Notes: generated by a model from the sequence alone, not told the origin. DNA of 64,000 nt from Chiloscyllium plagiosum (GCF_004010195.1 NC_057719.1:23835629-23899628); one strand, 5' to 3'; numbered from the stretch's first letter, positions 12,446 through 25,800 are shown. Translations and numbers: made by a program.

Positions 12446-13539
12446 CTGCTGCTTGTTCAAATTGCAATTTACGTGATGCTTGCCCCAGAGTGTCAGGTTA
12501 CTTGGTTTTCCAAACATGCAGCAATCCTTAAACATTGGTTTTAAAATAATACTTTCTCATTTCAGTCTACAAGTTTTAAAAGCACAAAAATAAAAAGGCA
12601 CAATCTTTTCACCAAATGAAAAAAAATTTAGGTTTGCTCCCATTTCACATTTGCCTTCTATGTAACTAATCTTAACTGGATAGTAGCAAGAGTAGAAAAG
12701 TACATTGTTTTCAATAGGGGAGGAAAAAATAAATAAATTAGCCCATGCTTCTACTTTTGATAGCTCATATTACAAATTCCAAATGGGGATTTCATACTGC
12801 AATAGTCAAGACACCAGTATCTTTCAGTACGTTATGTTGTGGCTCCTACCTTTGGTAGTTATGTGTGGTTCTTTGTGGAATTGAAATGCTTGTGATAAAT
12901 TTCCAAATTCAGTATATTCACCAACTGTTGAGTTAATTGATAATGCTGAAACATTCTGTCATTTCTAAAGAAACCAAGGATTTGGCTATGTTGCTGGGGA
13001 ATACAAGGTGGAAGGTAACATGGAGTTTGGACATATTTGAATTAGCCAACTAATGTGAACAGAAAATAAATACGCTTTTTTAAGAGTTGACGTTTATATG
13101 CAAACAATCAGTCGTTATGCAAGTTATTTTGATGCCACTATATGTGAACTGAAGTTGTTAACTTTTTCACAGAAATTTAAAAGTTGCCAGGAAAATACAT
13201 AAATTGCAAAGAAATACTGGAACACAACTATACACTTATGGTGAAATATGTGAAATCACATAATCAGGACTGTCAATTCTAGAAGAAAAAAATTAAATTA
13301 ATTATGTAGGTTCTATGAAGGTTTAGTGATAAATATCCTAATGAGGGAGGCTCTCTGGATAGCCGTTTTGATATGGGAAACCAGATACACTTGGCAGACA
13401 ACATCAATCATTTTAACTACAATAAATCGCTGTCAGGTATCCAGATAGGAAAGGAAAAGAAGCTCACCATGTGAAGCATGCACTACTGGAGCATAGTCTC
13501 CTAGAAAGTGGTTGCATTTTAGTTAATATTACAAAAGGT

Positions 13540-14065
13540 ACATTGGTTAGGTCACTTTTTTGGAGTTGTGCATTTAATTCTGGTCTCTTTGCGACAGGAA
13601 GGATGTTGTTAAACTTGAACAGGTTCAGGAAAGTTTTACAAGGATGTTGCCAGGGTTGAAGGGTTTGAGCAGCAAGGAGAGGCTGAATGGGCTGGGGCTA
13701 TTTTCTATGGAGCTAAGGGGTGACCTTTATAGAAAATTTTAAAATCATAAAGGGCGTAGATAAGGTGAATAGTCAAGGTCATTTCCCAGGGTAAGGAGTC
13801 CAAAACTAGAGTTGAGGGGGAAAAGATTTAAAAGGGACCTAAGGGGCAACCTTTTCATGCAGGAAGCTGTGTGCGCATGGAATGAGCTGCAGGAGGAAGT
13901 TATGGAGGCTAATACAATTGCAGCATTTAAAAGGCATCTGGATGGTATATGAATAGGAAGGGTTTGAAGGGATATTAGCCAAATGCTGGCAAACAAGACT
14001 AGATTAATGTAGAATATCTGGTCAGTATGGACAAGTTGGACTAACACTACATCCCGATGACTCTA
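13540..14065 (+). mobile_element. CR1-like LINE 3' fragment
   Basis: Similar to 8510-9060. Confidence 0.8.
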
Positions 14066-14716
14066 AAAGAGGAGGAATAGTGACACATGGAAACTTTTCC
14101 AAATCTCAGGAAGAAAATTCATCAGTGGTTAGCAGGAAACAGGAGGAATAATTTTTTTTAATGTATATATTGTACAAACATTCATTACTTAAGCATAAAC
14201 TTGATCAGTCTAGGAATGGATGGCCTGAGCATTCTTGTCTATTCTTATGATGTGATGGACATAAAAATTAGGAAAGTGAGTAACAACTTGTATTTAACGG
14301 AGGACTTTCATTTTCACAAACTATTAGATTGGAAAAATATAAGTAGAAAAGCACATTAATTTCTAGGATAAATTCTGGATTGTTTTTGTTGAAGAACATG
14401 TTTAAAAGCCAACTAAAGAGCCCTTCCTAGATTTAGAGATGAACAACTAACAGAATTGTTATTAATCCATTTGTTAGCGATCATCTTAAATAATCACTGC
14501 AGTGACATGAGTTTCATATTAGGGAGAAAGAGAATTACGTTTTTAAGCTAAAGTAGGCCTCGAGATGAGAAATAATTGACTTGTAAACTGAGCTGAACTT
14601 TCATCAGCTGTAGTATTTTGCTTTTCTTTTAACGTTCTGTTGACATTTGAATCCTACCGCTGGCAATAATGGGATATACCAGCTTCAGAGTTGATTGTTA
14701 CATTATTAAGAGAACG

Positions 14717-15013
14717 TTACAGTGGTTAGCACTGCTGCCTCGCAGCGCCAGAGACCCGGGTTCAATTCCCGCCTCAGGCGACTGACTGTGTGGAGTTTGC
14801 ACGTTCTCCCCGTGTCTGCGTGGGTTTCCTCCGGGTGCTCCGGTTTCCTCCCACAATCCAAAGATGTGCAGGTCAGGTGAATTGGCCATGTTAAATTGCC
14901 TGTAGTGTTAGGTAAGGGGTAAATGTCGGGGTATGGGTGGGTTGCGCTTCGGCGGGTCGGTGTGGACTTGTTGGGCCGAAGGGCCTGTTTCCACATTGTA
15001 ATCTAATCTAATC
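14717..15013 (+). mobile_element. HE1-type V-SINE, young
   Basis: Near-identical to the reverse complement of the 5175-5496 and 35182-35485 copies. Confidence 0.92.
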
Positions 15014-16165
15014 TGTTCTCTTCACTTGCTGAACCAGCGACACCTTCAACCAATGAACAGGTAAAATAAAAGAATATTGAACTTGTTAAAAGATGACGTT
15101 CATGGTTGAACCTTGTACAAGATCTACATAATGGCGTAGAATACTAACTTTTGTGCTAACAGATATCAGGAGCAAGGCTGGTGGAAAGTAGTTTTGTTTC
15201 CTTAAACATGCTGAATTGAGGAATGCTTCAGTGAAGCAATTTCCTCAGAGTAAAGCAATACATTGTCAGTAATCAAAAAGGGAGAATTATTAAACAGACC
15301 TTGAAGGGAGTATTTTTAAAAAAGGCCAAGCATTAGCTAATGTGGTTGGTTTTTGATAAGCACCACTAATTACTAGCTGAGGACCAAAGAACTCCAGATT
15401 TGCATCTGAATTGGTTTTTAACTTGGTCAACTTGAACCAAGTTCAGCCCCCAAACAGTGGGAGGTGAGAAACCTGTCACAACATAGTACACACTGCTGGA
15501 ACTTGTACCTTACAAAAGATAGTCAATGTTAAATCTTAGTGCTGCAGTCAGGAGGAAAAGTGACTTGTTCAACCACTAAAGAATACAATTAACACTGAAC
15601 TGGCCATTCAAAATCGCTTTGATTAAGACCCAGTGATGGAACAGACCATCCTCGATTTAGTGATGAACAACTGACGGTTACCAATCCAAAGGTAAAGGAT
15701 CAATCCACAGTTATGTCAGAGCCTGGGTGTCTCTAGAGAAGGAGCACATGAGCTGTTCAGGGAGAGATGGGCACCACAGGGATTGGAGTGTATTATTTCC
15801 CCTTCCAACTCTATTTTGATTTAATCCTGCCCTCTCCTTCACTGATCACGCCGCATTGCCCTCTAGGAAGAATACTGCTTGTCACTGCCAACTTGGGTGT
15901 TTCCTTTCTTCCTAGTGGTGGAAATTAAATAAAGATTTGTACACCTTTTGTCTTTGTGTCTCACACCTGCACCCATACAACACACAAAGGGGGAGAAAAA
16001 AGTAAAGAATCAACTTTGACAAGGTTCCGCATAATAGACGAACTAGTAAAGTTGGGTCACATGGCATTTGTGGTGAACTTGCCAATTTGGTACGTAATTG
16101 CCTTAGTGGCAGGAGATAGTTGGTAGAAGTCTGTCACCAGTAGTGTTCCACAGGGATCAGTTTTT

Positions 16166-16475
16166 GATTTGATTAGATTAGGTTCCCTACAGTGTGGAAA
16201 CAGGCCTTTCGGCCTAACTAGTCCACACCGACCCTTCAAAGAGTAACCCACCGAGACCAATTTCCCTGTGAGTAATGCACCTAATAATATGGCAATTTAG
16301 CATAGCCAATTTGCCTGACCTGCACATCTTTGGACTGTGGAAGGAAACCGGAGCACCCGGAGGAAGTCACCACAGACACGGGGGAATGAGCAAACTCCAC
16401 ACAGCCAGTTGCCCAAGACTGGAATCACACGCTACTGCTGTGAGGCAGTAGCGCTAACCACTGAACCACCGTGGC
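16166..16475 (-). mobile_element. HE1-type SINE nested in a CR1 fragment (~16010-16544)
   Basis: SINE head/core/tail interrupting the SVPQGSV RT motif. Confidence 0.8.
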
Positions 16476-16544
16476 GCTCAATTCTGAGTCCTGCTTTTGT
16501 TTGTTATTCGTGGAAATTATTTGAATGATAATACAAAAAGCATG

Positions 16545-16847
16545 TGTTATAGTAAAAGTCCTAAAACACAAATTTAGAAGCAAGTCAATCAAATTTATTA
16601 AATCAAGTGTTTGGGGGGGGGGGGGCAAGCATGATTTTGACCCTAACCATGGGACTTGACCACGCCATCTCTCCCTGAACAAGTACAGCAGTTTTTACAG
16701 TCTGGAGGACATACAAAAAAAAACACAAAAGACGGTTTCTTGTGTTCTGTGCATGCGCACGCAGAGATCAGTTTCCAGGAGTGGCGTACTATGACATTGT
16801 GTTCTGCAAGTATTTCTTCTTTAGTTTTCTCCCCCCCCCCGACTTTT
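16545..16847 (-). repeat. Polypurine tract plus probable 3' LTR of the ERV
   Basis: On the minus strand, AAAAGTCGGGGGGGGGGA (PPT-like) is followed by ~280 bp containing AATAAA and ending ...CTATAACA. Confidence 0.6.
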
Positions 16848-17069
16848 GTGGTCTGAGACATGTGGGAGCATAATGAACAGGCTACCTACCCCCCGGCATA
16901 ATTCTTGCGAATGGAGTTATGCAATGGTCCAAAGGGTATATCGCCCATGTGCAACAGCCTGCGCTCTTGGTCTATTCACAACGACCTGCACGCACAAAGT
17001 CAGCCGGCTGCGAGAGGAGTCAGTCTGACAAGAAAGCAGAGGGTGAGGATCATCAATCGGTGTCTGTAT

Positions 17070-19765
17070 ATTCAGTTGTGACCAGTGTTTCCAGTCACCA
17101 CTAATGATAAAGTCATAGGGACATTTCCATTTGGGGGTGAAGCCAGGTTTAACGGGTATATAACCTTACTAGCCGCTGATGGAACCTCTGGACAATCCTG
17201 TAATTGCCTCTGTTCATCCCACCTCCTCCTGTTTGTCCCTAACTGTTTTCCACATTCCCTTCAGCTGGGCGCTCAGTTTGAGCACATAGAATACGTCGCT
17301 ATCAAAGAGAGGGCTAACATCGGAACCCCCCCCCCCCCTTCAATGAGGATGGACTTGGGTACTTGCATTACCCTACCTGCCATCAATTCAAGGGGTCAAA
17401 CCTGTCGATTGGCTTATCAGAGTCACATGAGTGTAGCAGGCCGAACCTCAGTCCAGCTTTTGTTAGAGTCCTGCATGGCCTCAGCAGGAGAGGTTTTAAG
17501 AGTTCTGTTCATTTGCTCCAGCATGCCAGAACTTTGTGGATGATAGGGTATGTGAAATTTCTGTTGAATGCCCATCAGCTGACACATGAGTTTTTATCAT
17601 TCTTCCAGTAAAATGGGTCCCTGGTCGGAGTCAATCTGGGATGGCACCCACCCCACCTGGGAATCACGACCTCAGCTAAAATCCTTGCAACAGGGTTAGC
17701 TGAGCAGTTCTGGGTAGGGTAGGCCTCGACCCATTTGGTGAATTGGTCAATGATCCCAAGCTGATGCGTCTTCCCATGGGATTGGGGAAGGGGTTCCGTA
17801 AAATCCATCTATACATGCTCCCAGGTCCCTTTGGGCCACTAACTCTGCCAACTGGGCTGACAGGTCGCCTCCTATTCTCCCCACTCAGACACCTCATAGT
17901 TCCATGTTCACTACTGCCCATTCCGTTCGTGGCAAACCGTCTATGTATTTCTGCGTGCCATCCACAAACAGGGCTCACCTGGTGCCTCCATGGGTACATT
18001 CTTTATCCTACTTTCCTCTACTTCATCGTCCATGTTCCCACACACGTGGTTCACCGTCGCCTAACATCTCTTCTGCTGGGTTTTCCTGAATATCCCATAC
18101 AATAGTAATTAGTTTGGTTGGTGGCAAAAGGACAGCCTCCCATTTTGCCCTTCTCGTGTTAGAAGCAGTGCATAATCTTCCCGTATTTAACATTTCTACG
18201 AGGGTGTGTTTGGTATGCAAGACTATATTCCCTGTCATCACAATAGGCTCACTGATCCTCAAAGCCCATACGACACAGTCTAAAGCAGCTGTACCTCTGG
18301 GCACGCTGTTCACTACGGGACCCTCAGCAGTAGAGTAGTACCCTGTAGGTCGCCGTTTTTTCGCCAAGGAGCTGGGTTACTACTGCTGAGTAAAACCTCC
18401 CTTTTCGTTGCAGTAAATGTGGAGGTCTTTACTAGTGTCTGGAAATTCCAAAATGCTGCTGACATTAACTCCACTTTCAGTTTTGTATAGGAGTCGTCTT
18501 GCTCCAGTCACCGGAGCCCGTTGTAGGTTTACCCCCTTTTACCAATCGTTGTATGAGCTCAACAACTTTGGCAAACCCGGGGATAAAATTTCTTTCATAA
18601 TTAAACAAGCCTAAGACCTTTCTCTCACCACGGACTGTCACGGGCCGTGGCATCTGTTGTATAGCTGTCTTCCTGTCTGTCTAGTTTTCTCAATTTGAGC
18701 TTTCTTTGGTTTGGCTTTTAATCCTTTGTCCTGCAAGTGCATCAGGACTAAGCATAGCACCTCCTGATGTCTTGGTTTGGATTCAGAAGCCAGGAGTGGA
18801 GCAGGTCGATCTCCCTGAGTACCTCCCTCATTACACGGTGAAAGATGGATGGACGATTACTAAATCCCCGGGGACATCTGATCCAGATATACTGTTTTTC
18901 CCTTATGGTAAATGCAAACTTATCTTGGGAGCCACGATGGGGTGGTGACCAGAATCCATTCGCAATATCCAGTGCAGTAAAGAGTTTGTGCATCAGGGAG
19001 AGCCCATTTAAGATTGTGGATGGATTGGCGACAGTAGGGTGTAATTTAGTAGTGACCTGTTTAGGGCTGTACAATCAATTGAGATGGTAACTTCCATCAG
19101 GTTTACTGACCGGTCATGTGGGGGAATTAGTTGTGCTTGCAGTGTCTTGGAGAATTTTCCTCTCTGCTAATCTTTTCATAATTTCCACAACCACCCTTCT
19201 GGCTTCAGGTTTGATGGAGTTTGGCGGTGAGGCTTGTGTTCTGGACCATCCATGACTACAGGGTTGATTTTAATCAAGCCTGTTTCTAATTTAGTCTCTG
19301 CCCATACCCCTGGGACAGAGGTGCAAATGACACTAAAGCCATTATCATTTAGCTGCCAATCGTGTCCCATAGTGGAGGTGACTTGGACAGTGCTCAAGTG
19401 GCTCGCATAAGTTTCCATTTTTTCCTTTCTCCCATTGGAACGGGGCCAGGTTAATTTGCCCTTCCCAGATTCATTAAGGATTTCATACTCCTTTGTTAAA
19501 TCATTCCCCGTAATAGTTCTTTGATTATTTTTACATACATAAAATCGCATCAATATATGCAGGTTACTGATTTCTACTAGAGTGGTCTCACTGAAGTACG
19601 CAGGGGTTCGTTGTCCATTAATCCCCTTCACACAAATCATTTTGTTACTTAGGGATAGGTCAGTAATAGATATGGAGGCTCCTGTGTCCACTAGCATCTC
19701 TCACTGTCTGCCCCCTACCAGTGCAGTCGCATAACTCCTTCCTTCCTTATCACCTGTGTCCATGG
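17070..19765 (-). pseudogene. ERV pro-pol remnant
   Basis: Protease DTGA; RT motifs with YxDD removed by a small deletion near 18800; RNase H joined directly to the integrase core by an internal deletion near 17830. Confidence 0.85.
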
Positions 19766-20495
19766 AGCTGCTGGACGTCAGTACGATGTATTTTCGGTGT
19801 TTGTTGGTTTGCCAATTTTTTTCCAACTAGTGTCTTCAGAGTGTTCTGTTTCCTCCCCTTACAATCCCAGACAAAGTGGCCCATTTTGCCACAATTGTGA
19901 CACATGGGTCTGGATTTTGTCTTTGTGAAGGCGCCTAGGTTTTCCGGCTTTATGCGCATGGGGAGTTTTTCTCATCCTCCTAAACTCCTTTTGCCTATTC
20001 TGCCAGGCATCATAGTCTTGGAGAACAACAAACCCCATTTTTAGGACTGCCTGGTGCGCGGGAGACAGCTCGTCCTTGAAAGACTGAATAAATGCCCGAT
20101 CAGAGCAGTCTGTCTAGGGAATCCCTGAGCATTCTTGGTAGACCCTAAAGAGTCATTCCCCATATTCTGAGGTGCCCTCCCTCTTCTGTTGTTTGGTGTT
20201 TGTTATTTTTGCCCAACTGGTGGGCGGTTTCCCCAGAACGCACTGGATTTCAGCCTTAATTCTGCTGAAGGGCTCCTGCTGAGCCTCGATATCTGCTTTA
20301 GTAGGGGTGCCCTGGGTCCATCTGCCTCTCCTATAATCTTGACTTCATTACTATGCAACATCGGCTATGTCAGACTTGTCAGATACTAAACGTCAGTTGC
20401 CCTGAGGGCATGCAGCCTGGACCATTTGGTGGATGTCCCTTAAATGTAGTTGGTGGCCCACCCAGATGGTATCTAATTCAGCCCAAAACTTTGCA
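19750..20495 (-). pseudogene. ERV gag remnant (capsid-like region plus CCHC zinc knuckle)
   Basis: CX2CX4HX4C in ORF 19750-19959; upstream fragments are broken. Confidence 0.75.
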
Positions 20496-20562
20496 AACAG
20501 CACAGAAACAGTTAGACCATTCAGTCTAACTCATCATGCCAACCAGGTATCCTAACCTAATG

Positions 20563-21320
20563 ATTAGATTACTCACTGTGTGGAACCAGGCCCTTCACTC
20601 TGCATATGTCCTCCGAAGAGCAACCCACCCAGACCCATTCCCCTATATTTACCTCTTCACCTAACACTACGGGAAATTTAGCATGGCCAATTCACCTAAC
20701 CTGCCCATTTTCAGACCATGGGAGGAAACCGGAGGTGGGTTGCCTGAGGTGGGAATTGAACCCAGAATTGAATCTGGCTGGGTGCTCTTTGGAGGACATA
20801 TGCAGACTGAATGGCCTCTTTCTGGACTGTAGGGATTCTATGATGTCCCTTTTATATCCCCCTTTTACCTATCTTACCTCTGCCACCTTAAACTGTCCAA
20901 ATGATTGGGCTAATTGCTACAATCAGCTTTGAGCAAGTTTTCCACTTAAACAGTAAAGGATTCCTTCACATTGCAAAGACCATATAGAAATTATACAGTT
21001 AATGGTCAGGCCTTGGGGAGTGTGGGTGGAATCCAAAACCATAGGGTATAGTTTAAGATGGGAAGGGAAAGATACAAAAGGGACCTAAGGGACAACTTTT
21101 CACACAGAGGGTGGTGCATTTATGGAATGAGCTGCCAGATTAAGTGGTAGAGGCTGGTACAGTTACATTTAAAAGGCATCTGAATGGCCTTATGAATAGG
21201 AAGGGTTCCAAGGGATATGGGCCAAATGTTCGCAATTAGGTCTAGATCAGATTGGGATATCTTCAGTGCTGACAAGTTGAGCTAAAGGGTCTGTTTCCGT
21301 GCTGTATGACTCTATGACTT
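20563..21320. mobile_element. SINE fragment (minus) plus CR1 3' fragment (plus)
   Basis: SINE 3' half at ~20563-20770; CR1 3' end at ~20990-21320. Confidence 0.7.
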
Positions 21321-21469
21321 GCAATGCAGTGTTAATGCACAACATTCGCCAATATATCATTCAAGAAAATTACAGACCTCTGCACTGCAGCATCATATCT
21401 CACAATCTGAACCTGCCACCACTGCATTAACAAGTGTTTATGAAATTTATGAACTCAGCAACTTGCACA

Positions 21470-21760
21470 GTTAGGTTCAATTTGAATGTCACCAATGTAG
21501 GTCCAAACAGATGATGCTGCCGTAGGAACCCCTCTAGGTCCATCTCTCTCAAATATCTTTATGAGATACTCAGAGACATGTCTGATGTCTATTGCCACTT
21601 ACGTATTTCCAATATGAGGACAGGATGTTTGCTACAATTAAATCTGCAATTGCATGTAAAAAAAATTCCTTACACGTTTTAAGATTCTCTATCCTGCAGT
21701 CAAATTTACTTTACAATTGAGACAGTCAAATGAGCTCCCTTTCCTCCAAATTTTAGCGGA
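21470..21760 (+). mobile_element. Penelope-like RT fragment, degraded
   Basis: Decayed G.PLGPSL.NIFM, YxDD-region and KFT...NELPFL motifs. Confidence 0.55.
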
Positions 21761-21904
21761 GAAATCATAAGTGGATATGATCAGTAACTTGCTTAATATG
21801 AACACATGGATATGCTGTTTGATGTATCCTGCCAGTCTTTGCAATATACAGCTTACTTTGCTCTTATCATATGAGCACTAAAATTTGTATACCATGTCAT
21901 TCAG

Positions 21905-22101
21905 GAGAAAGTGAGGACTGCAGATGCTGGAGACTAGAGTTGAAAAATGTGGTGCTGGAAAAACTCAGCAGGCCAGGCAGCTCAGCCCACCTGGCACACC
22001 AGCCTCATTCCTGAAGAAGGGCTTATGCCCGAAACTTCGATTCTCCTGCTCCTCGGATGCTGCCTGGCCTGCTGTGTTTTTCTAGCACCACATTTTTCAA
22101 C
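21905..22101. mobile_element. PLE-derived inverted element with 16-bp TSD
   Basis: ATACCATGTCATTCAG at 21889-21904 and 22102-22117; CTGAAGA...GAAAC core. Confidence 0.85.
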
Positions 22102-22493
22102 ATACCATGTCATTCAGTTGTGTGATAGGCAAAATGACTTTTTTGGCTCAATGACAGCTCCCTATTAGTGGCAAGCTCAACTTGTGTTGTTACTGCATAC
22201 TATCAGCTAGTGATGGTGAAGAGAAACTAGGAGTATCTTTGCATTCCTGCATAATCGTTGAATAGTGAACAATCTTAAGTTTTATTCGGTTGTGAGACTA
22301 TGATCTCTTTATCATTAATCTTTTGGCGAGGATATTAGGGACTGTGACCGCCATTAGGTGGCACTGAATAATTTATATTTGCCACATTTATGGTAGTAAT
22401 TGAGACAATAACTTAATACCAATGCCTATTAAATATTAATTTGTATTTTAACATTGAATTGTTTTAAGGCATGTTTTATTATTTGCTAAATAG

Positions 22494-22607
22494 ATGGGAC
22501 TGAGCCATCACACATGCACGATGAGAACGATGAAAATTACTCACGAGGATATGAGTGGTGGCTAATGAAAGAAGCTAAAAAGAGGAATCCTAATATTAAA
22601 TTAATAG
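22494..22607 (+). CDS. GALC: GALC exon 4
   Basis: aatag|(D)[37 protein letters not shown](G)|gtatgt; 114 nt. Confidence 0.97.
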
Positions 22608-23150
22608 GTATGTACTAACACCTTGTCAACCATGCAATCCTTTTGGTTCTCAAATTACAGTCAATTGATGGTCATACCATTCTCTGCCAGCAATATCCAA
22701 TGAATTGCAGTCAGATTAATGACGGACAAATCTGATTTTCTTTGATCTGAAGAAAGAATTTTGGTGGAAGAACCTAGGATGATTTGTGCCTTTTAAATTA
22801 ACATTCTGTTCAGGTGCATGTTAAAAATTGTAGAGACAGGATCATGATTGACTGCTTTCTCTGAACGACTTCACCTGCAACAGTGCACCATTCCTTTATA
22901 CTATACTGGAGTGACAGCACACTTTGTGAAAATAATCTGTGTCCATCTGGCTTAAAGGTATTAGAGTGGAGACAAAATGTAAATCATGTAGCTGAAGAAA
23001 AAATCATTCCCAGAATGTTCTCAAATTTTTGACTCTTAAATTACAGAATATTAATATTCCAGTTCCTCTTTTTATATTTGTAACAAAATCTCCAGATAGA
23101 AGTTAACGGTTCGGTTGTAGAAATTCCTAGTTTGCCGAACAAAACTTTAT

Positions 23151-23272
23151 TGTCGAAACTTTATTGCTGGAACAGCACAGCAGGTCAGGCAGCATCCAGG
23201 GAACAGGAGATTCGACGTTTCGGGCACAGGCCCTTCTTCAGGCCTCACTTTCTGCAGACCTCACTTTCTCCT
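23151..23272 (-). mobile_element. PLE-derived short insertion with 15-bp TSD
   Basis: CGAACAAAACTTTAT at 23136-23150 and 23273-23287. Confidence 0.8.
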
Positions 23273-24179
23273 CGAACAAAACTTTATCCCTATAAATGGC
23301 ATTCAGAATACATTGGAGCATCAGTCTCCATTCTATTCAAGGAAATTAGACAAGATTTTCAGAAATGTAAAGGGCATTTGATAAGGATTGAAAGAAAACT
23401 GGTCAATAAAGTAAGAACTTGGAACTGAAAACCAATAGAAATTTGTTATTCATTAAATATAGAATGCATATTATATAATTCTATTTTATAGATTATACAT
23501 TTGAGTAAACTTGACTGGCTATGAGACTAGCTAGAATACCTTCAGTATCAAATACACATTCCTTTTAGTTCTCCAGCCCTTAATCTTGATACAAAAATAA
23601 ATCAATCACTTTTCTGAGTTTGTTTTAATAGTTCATGGGATGTGGGTGTCACTGTCTGAGTCAGCATTTATTTGTCCATTCCTAATTGCCCTGGAGAAGG
23701 TGCTGGTGAGTTGTAACCTTCTGCTGCATTGGGGTGTAGGGATATGCACAATGCTGTTAGTTCAATTCACATTTCTTATGCTATATACAGAACTGCTTGG
23801 GTGATTGTGTGTGTTTATTTGTTTCTATGAAGCCTTGATTGAGAAGAGGAAATTAACAGTATTTTCCAATCATTCTTCAATCACAGATATAATTGGTGCG
23901 GAGGCATTGAATCACCAGAAAAAAAACCCAAGAATCTTTTTTTCTTTCATGCTTTTGGATGAGTTGCTTGTTTTGGAAGTGTGGGTTTTGCAGCTTACCT
24001 TGGGATGCCCGAGTGAAGGGCAAGGCAGTTGATTAAACTGCAACCTTGGAAGTGTATCACATGTTACCACATTTAGAAGAAACTCTAAAACTTAAACTCA
24101 ACAAAATTGAATTTGAAAGACTTTTAATATTGCTTTATATCAACTGCATTTGTTTAGTGAGTGTTTATTTTCTTATTAG

Positions 24180-24319
24180 GGTTACCTTGGGCCTTTCCTG
24201 GTTGGATTGGCTGTGGAACCAACTGGCCTTATACCTGCCCAGACAAAACGGCCTATTATGTTGCTTCATGGATTCATGGTGCCAAATCCTATCATAATTT
24301 GGATATTGATTATGTTGGG
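24180..24319 (+). CDS. GALC: GALC exon 5
   Basis: attag|(G)[46 protein letters not shown]|gttagt; 140 nt. Confidence 0.97.
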
Positions 24320-24849
24320 GTTAGTACCTGTATTAATTAATGTTGTTGAAACCCGAATGTTATAGCATATAATAATCAAACTTTCATTGTGCCCTCTATC
24401 TTTGAAAAATGAATGAAGAGCAGATTGGCTTCTTTGACATTGTGATCAGACTGTGATATCAGCTGCCCTCTGCTGCGTGTCTCCTTTTCTTGAGTGTACT
24501 TAGCGAAACTTTCTTTTTATGCAACCCTGGCATTGCTCTGAACTCTGATCTTTCCCTTGTCTCTTCTCATGTCCTCCCTGAATTCAATTTGCCAATGAGA
24601 CTCCCTACCTGTTCCCATTAAGGTGTATCCTTCCAATCAGGTTTCTGTCCTTGTTACAGTACTAAAACACCTCTTATGACAGCACTAAATAGATCTTATG
24701 ACAGCCACAAATTGTATCTTTTGTGACTGTTACAAAAGTAGTTCCCCTCATTGTTGTTTGCCTGTAACTTTGCCATATTTGTTCATACTATTCACTGTTA
24801 GTACCTCTGCGCTGTTGTCAGCTAGGTGAGATTATTATCAAGTGGTTTC

Positions 24850-25800
24850 ATTTTTGTCCATCAGATTGTAATAAGAAAATTACTTGCACTGGATTTCCAA
24901 CCTGCTCCCAAACTGCTATCTCTGGTAACTACAGATAACCTGCCCTGAATCTGCGACTCGGCGATCTCGTCTGAAAGCACAATATTAATTTTCTCAAATG
25001 TACTGACAACCTCTAGCTTTAACTCACTACCACTGCTCATAATTCCCAATTATCAGCCCACATATCCAATATTCACTATTGGATGAACAGAAATTCTTTC
25101 CAAGATTGATTGTATTGTCTTTGGTCCCCACTCCAAACTCCATTATTTAAGTACCAGCTCCATTCCTCATCAGGGCAAAAGGATGAAATTCTTTAGCGTC
25201 CTTGGTGTCATATTTTAAATCTGTGATGAACTTCAACCTCAGTCTGTAATAATGATGGCAAGAATATTTCCACCTCTACTACCATCCAACTTCACTCCTG
25301 TCTCAGCTCATCTGTTACTGAAAATCTCATTCACGCTTTTGTTACCTCTATATTTGCATTCCTGACTGGTTTTCTGCATTTCTCTGTAAACCTGAGCTTA
25401 TCCACATTCCAATCACTTCTGTGCATTTGACCTACATTGGTTCCTGTTTGTCATCCTTTTCACATCTCTCCCCAGCCTCACCCCCCCCCCCCCCTCTATT
25501 TGTTACTTGTTATTGTGCCACAACCCTCCCAAATATTTGCACCATTCTGTTTCTTATGCATTCCTGATTTTAATAGCTCCACCATTGTTGGCCATATCTG
25601 CAGTTTCCTAGGCTCCACACTGTGAATCACTATCCCTATACATCTCTAATTCACCTTGCTTTGTTGAGATTTCTTGGAAACAATTTCTTTGACCAAGACT
25701 TTACTCGACTGTCTAATAGTTCCTTGTATTATGCGATGTTATACTTTGTTTTATAATATTCCTATGTCAAGCCTTTGTGTTTTATTTTATAACACCATCA
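24850..25800 (+). mobile_element. Old L2-like LINE 3' fragment
   Basis: LGVIF and E.LIHAFVTS motifs typical of the L2 RT C-terminus. Confidence 0.6.

Larger units (their letters stand above)
16545..20495 (-). mobile_element. Decayed endogenous retrovirus (gag-pro-RT-tether-RNase H-IN, 3' LTR, no recognisable env, 5' LTR missing)
   Basis: Minus-strand motifs in order: CHNCGKMGHFVWDC knuckle, LVDTGAS protease, NSPT*PVSKPDGSY / LDIANGFW / KQYIWIRCPRGF RT, RPTGYYS...RRAKWEAVLL tether, FVDGT...SAQLAELVA RNase H, MDFT...IIDQFTKWVEAYP...IPRWG integrase, PKWKCPY C-terminus. Many stops and frameshifts. Confidence 0.9.

Noticed and set aside
16545-20495. Functional or domesticated retroviral gene
   Set aside because: Multiple stops and frameshifts, YxDD deleted, RNase H-integrase deletion.
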